Shown here one piece after another: positions 14,705 to 15,898 of a DNA stretch of 15,898 bases. Position 1 is the stretch's first letter. Every line of letters starts with the position of its first letter. The DNA comes from Pyrinomonadaceae bacterium (GTDB taxonomy: Bacteria > Acidobacteriota > Blastocatellia > Pyrinomonadales > Pyrinomonadaceae). Made by a program: the position numbers and the translations under genes. The notes under the pieces are model-generated. The model was not told where the DNA came from, did no database searches, and saw only the letters and a list, made by a program, of their open reading frames with translations. The stretch lies in assembly GCA_035644995.1 (NCBI GenBank), contig DASQNL010000652.1, positions 1 to 15,898 on the forward strand. Direction: 5' to 3'.

Positions 14705-15898
14705 ATGTTCGTTAAAAAAACGGTTCTTTCCCTCATCATCGCACTCTTCGCATCCGTCGGCGCACAGGCGCAGGAGGCGCAAGGGGGCAGCGGCGGCGGC
14801 GGCGGGGGCGCGCGAGTTTTCGTCTCAGGCGGAGGCAATCATCTCGGCGTTTCGGTCGAAAGCGTGACGCGCGAAAACATGAACAGTTTCAACCTGCGCG
14901 GCGAGCCGCGCGGCGTGGCCGTGCGCGACGTGCTGGCGAACAGCCCGGCGGCGAAGGCGGGGCTGCAAAAGAACGACGTGATCCTGCGTTTCGACGGCGA
15001 GCAGGTTTCGAGCGCGCAGAAACTCCAACGCCTCATCAACGAGAGCGCGCCCGAACACACAGCGCGACTCTCCATCAGCCGCGGCGGCACGGAGCAGGAG
15101 TTGTCCGTCAAACTCGGCCGGCGTGAAGGTTTCGCGCCGGGGGCGTTCGGTAATTTCAACTTCCCGCAAGGCCAGACCTTCAACTTCGACGCCGACGAGT
15201 TTAAACGTCGCGCCGAGGAGCTGTCGCGCAACTCGGAGGAGTGGAAGAAACGCGCGCAGGAGTTGGGGCGGAATTCCGAAGAGATGCGCCGTGGCCTGGA
15301 GAAGTTTCGCGCCGAAGGCTTCGGCAACAACAACAACTTCGCGCGCGTCTACGGCATGAGCGGCCGCCGCATCGGCATCACCACGCAAACCCTGAGCGAG
15401 CAACTCGCGAACTACTTCGGCGTGGCGGGGCGCGCAGGTCTGCTCGTTACCTCCGTCGCCGAGAACAGCCCGGCGGCGAAGGCCGGACTCAGGGCGGGCG
15501 ATGTCGTCACGGAAGTCGACGGCACGCGTCTCAACAACGCGAACGAACTCTCGCGCGCCCTCAACCGCAAGGACGAAGGCGACGTGTCGCTGACCATCGT
15601 GCGCGACAAGAAAACGCGCACCGTTAAAGTGACGCCGGATCGCACGCAAAACAACCCGACGCTTTACACGCCGGGCGGCCTGGGAGCGGCCGCGCCCATG
15701 GCCTTGCTCGCGCCGCGCGTCATGGTTGCGCCGCGCGTGCCCTTGCCCGCGCTGCCCGCGTCGCCGCTCACGCCCGCGCCCCTCATCGCGCCGCGCCCGC
15801 TCGTCGCCCCGCGCATTCACGCCGCGCCGCCCGCCGTGCCGCCCGCCGTGCCGCTGGCGCCGCTGGCGCCGCTGCATTCCGGCACGTGGATTTTGTAA
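14705..15898 (+). CDS. Secreted protein with two PDZ domains and a Pro/Ala-rich C-terminal tail, 397 aa
   Basis: Signal peptide is MFVKKTVLSLIIALFASVGAQAQ. Two PDZ cores are present: GVAVRDVLANSPAAKAGLQKNDVILRFDGEQV and GLLVTSVAENSPAAKAGLRAGDVVTEVDGTRL. A charged linker with duplicated ELSRNSEE/ELGRNSEE separates them. The tail has APRV/APRP repeats. GGAGG RBS is upstream, and the TAA stop lies at the window end. Confidence 0.85.
   Translation: MFVKKTVLSLIIALFASVGAQAQEAQGGSGGGGGGARVFVSGGGNHLGVSVESVTRENMNSFNLRGEPRGVAVRDVLANSPAAKAGLQKNDVILRFDGEQVSSAQKLQRLINESAPEHTARLSISRGGTEQELSVKLGRREGFAPGAFGNFNFPQGQTFNFDADEFKRRAEELSRNSEEWKKRAQELGRNSEEMRRGLEKFRAEGFGNNNNFARVYGMSGRRIGITTQTLSEQLANYFGVAGRAGLLVTSVAENSPAAKAGLRAGDVVTEVDGTRLNNANELSRALNRKDEGDVSLTIVRDKKTRTVKVTPDRTQNNPTLYTPGGLGAAAPMALLAPRVMVAPRVPLPALPASPLTPAPLIAPRPLVAPRIHAAPPAVPPAVPLAPLAPLHSGTWIL

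Noticed and set aside
14576-14782. Long N-terminal extension of the methyltransferase (start at 14782)
   Set aside because: The extension is Cys/Arg-rich and non-homologous-looking. It would overlap the divergent PDZ gene start and its RBS. The family typically begins a few residues before ILDIGCG.
14825-15877. 350-aa minus-strand ORF antisense to the PDZ gene
   Set aside because: It is extremely Arg-rich. The plus strand encodes a signal peptide and two PDZ cores.

Overview
This is a high-G+C bacterial chromosomal segment (about 65% by eye on sampled lines). Its core is a same-strand fatty-acid beta-oxidation operon in the Bacillus-type order: fadN (3-hydroxyacyl-CoA dehydrogenase/enoyl-CoA hydratase fusion), fadA (thiolase), fadE (long acyl-CoA dehydrogenase). 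Downstream lie an MBL-fold hydrolase, a convergent secreted protein with two lamin-tail domains, a small SAM methyltransferase and a secreted double-PDZ protein. The left 3.5 kb is a lower-G+C mosaic (about 50%). It holds a TPR protein, a frameshifted and 3'-truncated IS30-family transposase remnant, a SWIM zinc-finger protein preceded by four 20-bp direct repeats, and a solo IS200/IS605 tnpA. The most unusual content is in the intergenic gaps of the fad operon. Two paralogous ~82-bp elements begin exactly on the stop codons of fadN and fadA. Each has four tandem GTTTCAG-type heptamers, a ~25-nt loop starting GACTGA, and four inverted YTGAAAC heptamers. A third pair of inverted heptamer arrays (CAGGAGA-type left, ACTTCTG-type right) brackets a complete four-helix-bundle gene of the 23S rRNA-IVS protein / Avd-like family, so that gene sits where the hairpin loop would be. 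A hicB-hicA toxin-antitoxin pair and ybaK are also wedged into the operon. I recognised no rRNA, tRNA or CRISPR array. Many long antisense ORFs in the track are high-G+C artefacts.
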